Below are positions 36,730 to 39,761 of a stretch of DNA of 39,761 nt, piece after piece (position 1 is the first letter of the stretch; each line of letters opens with the position of its first letter). Source of the DNA: an uncultured Sphingomonas sp. (GTDB lineage: Bacteria > Pseudomonadota > Alphaproteobacteria > Sphingomonadales > Sphingomonadaceae); the NCBI GenBank assembly GCA_964247225.1, contig CAXTTU010000003.1:1-39761 (forward strand), given 5' to 3'. Under the pieces are notes generated by a model. The model did no database searches. It was not told the DNA's origin and worked only from the letters and a program-made list of their open reading frames with translations. The position numbers and the translations under genes are program-made.

Positions 36730-38214
36730 ATGAACCTGATGACCAGCATGACGGGCGGGACCCGGCAGACCACGCACTTCATCAACGGCCAGTGGACGGC
36801 ACCGGGCGGGCGCACCTTTGCCGACCGCAACCCGTTCAACGGTGAGGTAGTCGCCGAGATCGCGGCGGGTGGACGCGCGGAAGCCGAGGCGGCGGTCGCG
36901 GCGGCAGCAGCGGCCTTCCCCGCCTGGGCGGCGATGCCCCCCGCCGAGCGGCAGCGCCTGTTCCTCAAGGCGGCCGACATCTGCGAACGGAGGCTCGACG
37001 AGATCTGTCAGGTGATGGCCGCCGAGATCGGCTCGAGCAAGGTGTTCTCCGCCTTCCAGATCCGGCTGTCGGCGGCCATGCTGCGGCAGGCGGCGAACTA
37101 TGGCTACATGCCCTATGGCGACGTGATGCGCTCGGACGTGCCGGGCCGCCTCGCGCTGGTGACGCGCAAGCCGCTGGGCGTGGTCGCGGGCTTCACGCCA
37201 TGGAACGGTGCGTTCTACCTCGCCTGGCGCGCGTTCCTGCTGCCGATGGCGTTCGGGAACACCACCGTCATCAAGCCGTCGGAGGAAGGGCCGATGTCCG
37301 CTGGGCTGATCCACGCCGAGATCTTGGAAGAGGCGGGCTTTCCCGCGGGCAGCTTCAACGTCGTCACCCACGCGCCGGGTGAGGCCGCGCAGGTGGCGGA
37401 CGTGTTCTTCGAGAGCCGGGCGGTGCGCTGCATCAACTTTACCGGATCGGACAAGACCGCGCGCATCCTCGGCGAGCGGGCAGGCCGGGCGCTGAAGCGG
37501 ATGGTGCTGGAGCTTGGCGGGTTCAACCCGATGATCGTGCTCGACGATGCCGACCTCGCGCACACGGTCGACGCGGTGACGTTCGGCGCGTTCCTCCACC
37601 AGGGACAGGTGTGCATGAACACGCGCAAGGTCTATGTCGACGCCAAGGTCCACGACGCATTCGTCGACCAGCTCGCCGCCAAGGTGCGTAGCCTCAAGAT
37701 CGGCGATCCGCGCGACCCGTCGGTGATCGTCGGCCCGCTGATCAACCAGCGCGCGGTCGATCAGGTCACCGAGCGCGTCCAGGACGCGGTTGACCGCGGG
37801 GCCAAGGTGGTCACCGGCGGCAAGGCGGACGGGATGATCTACGAGCCGACGATCCTCACCCATGTCCCCGCCGACGCGGTGTGCACGACCGGTGCGGACG
37901 AGACGTTCGGCCCGCTGCTCGTGATCCAGCCGTTTGACGACGCGGAGCAGGCGCTCCACGACGCGCAGGATACGCCCTACGGGCTCAGCGCGTCGATCAT
38001 GACCGGCGACCATGCGCGCGGGTTCGACATGGCGCAGCGGTTCGACACCGGCATCGTCCATGTCAACGCGCCCACCATGGCGAGCGAGGCGGCGCTGCCG
38101 GTCGGCGGGGTCAAGGACAGCGGCTGGGGCCGGTCGGGGCATTACTCGGTCGAGGATTTCACCGAGCTGCGGCTCACCACCATGTCGCAGAACCCGGGGC
38201 GCTACCCGTTCTGA
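36730..38214 (+). CDS. Aromatic aldehyde dehydrogenase (vanillin/benzaldehyde/salicylaldehyde DH-like)
   Basis: FTPWNG, KPSEE, FTGS, catalytic LELGG and GQVCM, ETFGP and GGVKDSGWGR. ATG 36730 with GAGGAG RBS. Confidence 0.92.
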   Translation: MNLMTSMTGGTRQTTHFINGQWTAPGGRTFADRNPFNGEVVAEIAAGGRAEAEAAVAAAAAAFPAWAAMPPAERQRLFLKAADICERRLDEICQVMAAEIGSSKVFSAFQIRLSAAMLRQAANYGYMPYGDVMRSDVPGRLALVTRKPLGVVAGFTPWNGAFYLAWRAFLLPMAFGNTTVIKPSEEGPMSAGLIHAEILEEAGFPAGSFNVVTHAPGEAAQVADVFFESRAVRCINFTGSDKTARILGERAGRALKRMVLELGGFNPMIVLDDADLAHTVDAVTFGAFLHQGQVCMNTRKVYVDAKVHDAFVDQLAAKVRSLKIGDPRDPSVIVGPLINQRAVDQVTERVQDAVDRGAKVVTGGKADGMIYEPTILTHVPADAVCTTGADETFGPLLVIQPFDDAEQALHDAQDTPYGLSASIMTGDHARGFDMAQRFDTGIVHVNAPTMASEAALPVGGVKDSGWGRSGHYSVEDFTELRLTTMSQNPGRYPF

Positions 38215-38239
38215 CGGTAACGGGGCGATAAGGCGCGCG

Positions 38240-38272
38240 ATGCCCGGAACGCATCGTTGCCGGGCATTTCGT
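38240..38272 (+). terminator. Hairpin, probable terminator after the ALDH gene
   Basis: ATGCCCGG-AACG-CAT-CGTT-G-CCGGGCAT followed by TTCGT (weak U tract). Confidence 0.5.
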
Positions 38273-38377
38273 CTCTCCGGACGCGCGCGTGAAGGTGTAG
38301 GCAGGTAATTCGCCAAGATCGAAAACGGCTGGCGAGCAAATGGACGGGCGAAACGGCCTGACAACAGGGAGAGGGCG

Positions 38378-39761
38378 ATGAAGCTCAAGATTTGTCTGCT
38401 CAGGTGCGCTGCAGTGCTGACGATGGCCTGCACGCCTTTCGCGGCATGGGCGCAAGCCGCGCCCGCCGATCCGACGACCGTCGATCAGCCCTCCCCACCT
38501 GCCGCCGCCGCCGCGCCCGCAACCGAAGTCGGCGAGATCGTCGTTACCGCGCAGCGCCGGGCGGAGAACCTTCAACGGGTGCCGATCGTCATCACCGCGG
38601 TCAGCGGCCAGCAGCTCGCCGCCGCGGGCGTCACCAGTCTGCCCAACCTCCAGACGATCGCGCCCGGGCTCAACGTCCGCACCACCGGCGGCGGCGTGTT
38701 CCAGCCGTCGCTGCGCGGTATCGGCACGTCGAGCAACGTGGTCGAGAACCCGGTCGCGCTCTACATCGACGGCGTCTATCTGCCGCAACAGCGTGAGGGC
38801 AATCGCGAGCTGCCCGACGTGGAGCAGGTCGCGGTGCTGAAGGGACCGCAGGGCACGTTGTTCGGTCGCAACGCGACCGGCGGCGTGATCCAGATCACCA
38901 CGCGGCGCCCAAGCCAGGAGTTCGCGCTCCAGGCCAAGGCGGAGATCGACAATTACGCCACCTTCCGCGCGAGCGGCTTCGTGTCCGGCAGGCTGGCCAC
39001 CGGCGTGGCCGCGAGCCTGTCGGCGGACTTCGCGACCCAGGGCGACGGCTATGGCAAGAACCTCACCACCGGGCACGACACGTTCCAAATCGCGCACGCG
39101 CTCGGCCTGCGCGGCAAGCTGCTGCTCGAGCCGGACGCCAAGACCTCCGTGCTGCTGATCGCCGACTATCTCGACCGCAAGGACTATACCTACAGCTTCG
39201 TCCCCTATCCCGGCACCGCGTTCAGCCTGCCGCTGCCCGGCCCGCTGCCGAACCGGCGCGACACCTATTCGGCGATCAACCCTTATGCCGCGTTCCGGGG
39301 CGGCGGGATCAGCGCGACGATCGAGCGCGACCTCGACTTTGCCAAGCTGGTGTCGATCACCGCCTATCGTCAGGGCAGCAGCGACTACCGGTTCGACGAC
39401 GTGCCCGTCGGACGACCGGTCTTCTATGTCGGCGTTCCTTCGGGCGACCAGCCCAACAAATCGTTCAGCCAGGAGGTGCAGCTCATCTCCAAGGGGAGCG
39501 GCCCGGTGACGTACACGGCGGGCGTGTTCTATTTCTATAACCGCAACGCCAACGAGCCGATCGTGCGGCAGTTCTTTCTGCCCTTCTACGGCAATCCGCC
39601 CGCCGCGGCGCTGGCGAACCCCAATTCGACCATCAACCAGACCACCGTCACCAACGGCTCGGAAAAGACACAATCGGTCGCGCCATTCGCGCAGGTCGGC
39701 ATCCGGTTGTTCGAGGGCACCAACCTGACGCTGGGCGGGCGCTTCACCTATGAACAGCGGG
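38378..39761 (+). CDS. TonB-dependent receptor (sphingomonad type), partial: runs off the right edge
   Basis: Not in the ORF track. GGGAGAGG RBS, MKLKICLLRCAAVLTMACTPFAAWAQ signal peptide, EIVVTAQRRAENLQRVP, YIDGVY and VLKGPQGTLFGRNATGGVI. Confidence 0.93.
   Translation, partial: MKLKICLLRCAAVLTMACTPFAAWAQAAPADPTTVDQPSPPAAAAAPATEVGEIVVTAQRRAENLQRVPIVITAVSGQQLAAAGVTSLPNLQTIAPGLNVRTTGGGVFQPSLRGIGTSSNVVENPVALYIDGVYLPQQREGNRELPDVEQVAVLKGPQGTLFGRNATGGVIQITTRRPSQEFALQAKAEIDNYATFRASGFVSGRLATGVAASLSADFATQGDGYGKNLTTGHDTFQIAHALGLRGKLLLEPDAKTSVLLIADYLDRKDYTYSFVPYPGTAFSLPLPGPLPNRRDTYSAINPYAAFRGGGISATIERDLDFAKLVSITAYRQGSSDYRFDDVPVGRPVFYVGVPSGDQPNKSFSQEVQLISKGSGPVTYTAGVFYFYNRNANEPIVRQFFLPFYGNPPAAALANPNSTINQTTVTNGSEKTQSVAPFAQVGIRLFEGTNLTLGGRFTYEQR

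Noticed and set aside
38174-39673. 499-aa minus-strand ORF
   Set aside because: It is the antisense shadow of the plus-strand TonB-dependent receptor starting at 38378.

Overview
High-GC, gene-dense window from what looks like a sphingomonad alphaproteobacterium (inferred from the TonB receptors, the aromatic catabolic genes and general gene style). From left to right it contains: (1) a two-partner secretion locus (TpsB plus a >2535-aa repetitive TpsA that runs off the left edge); (2) an FAD dehydrogenase, rluE, a small lipoprotein, a stand-alone 23-aa small ORF and a sugar MFS transporter; (3) a collapsed remnant of a xanthine-dehydrogenase-family operon, a YciI protein and an MDR-type MFS transporter; (4) an NAD-salvage locus, pncA <-> nrtR-SPFH-NADK-like-pncB; (5) a ~19 kb aromatic catabolic island. 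The island encodes an aromatic acid MFS transporter, FAD monooxygenase, VOC dioxygenase, FAH hydrolase, LysR, a six-gene coupled operon (TBDR-diheme cyt c-PPIase-HupE/UreJ-SnoaL-luciferase-like), amidohydrolase, tandem MarR, Fe-ADH, ALDH and a second TBDR. The most notable signal is a full-length bacterial homolog of the fungal luciferase (Luz) family lying next to an FAD monooxygenase and an FAH hydrolase. These are the same enzyme classes that accompany Luz in fungal bioluminescence clusters (H3H, CPH), but here no PKS is visible, which suggests an undescribed catabolic counterpart. All family calls come from motif recognition by eye; no database search was run. No rRNA, tRNA, CRISPR array or IS element was recognised.
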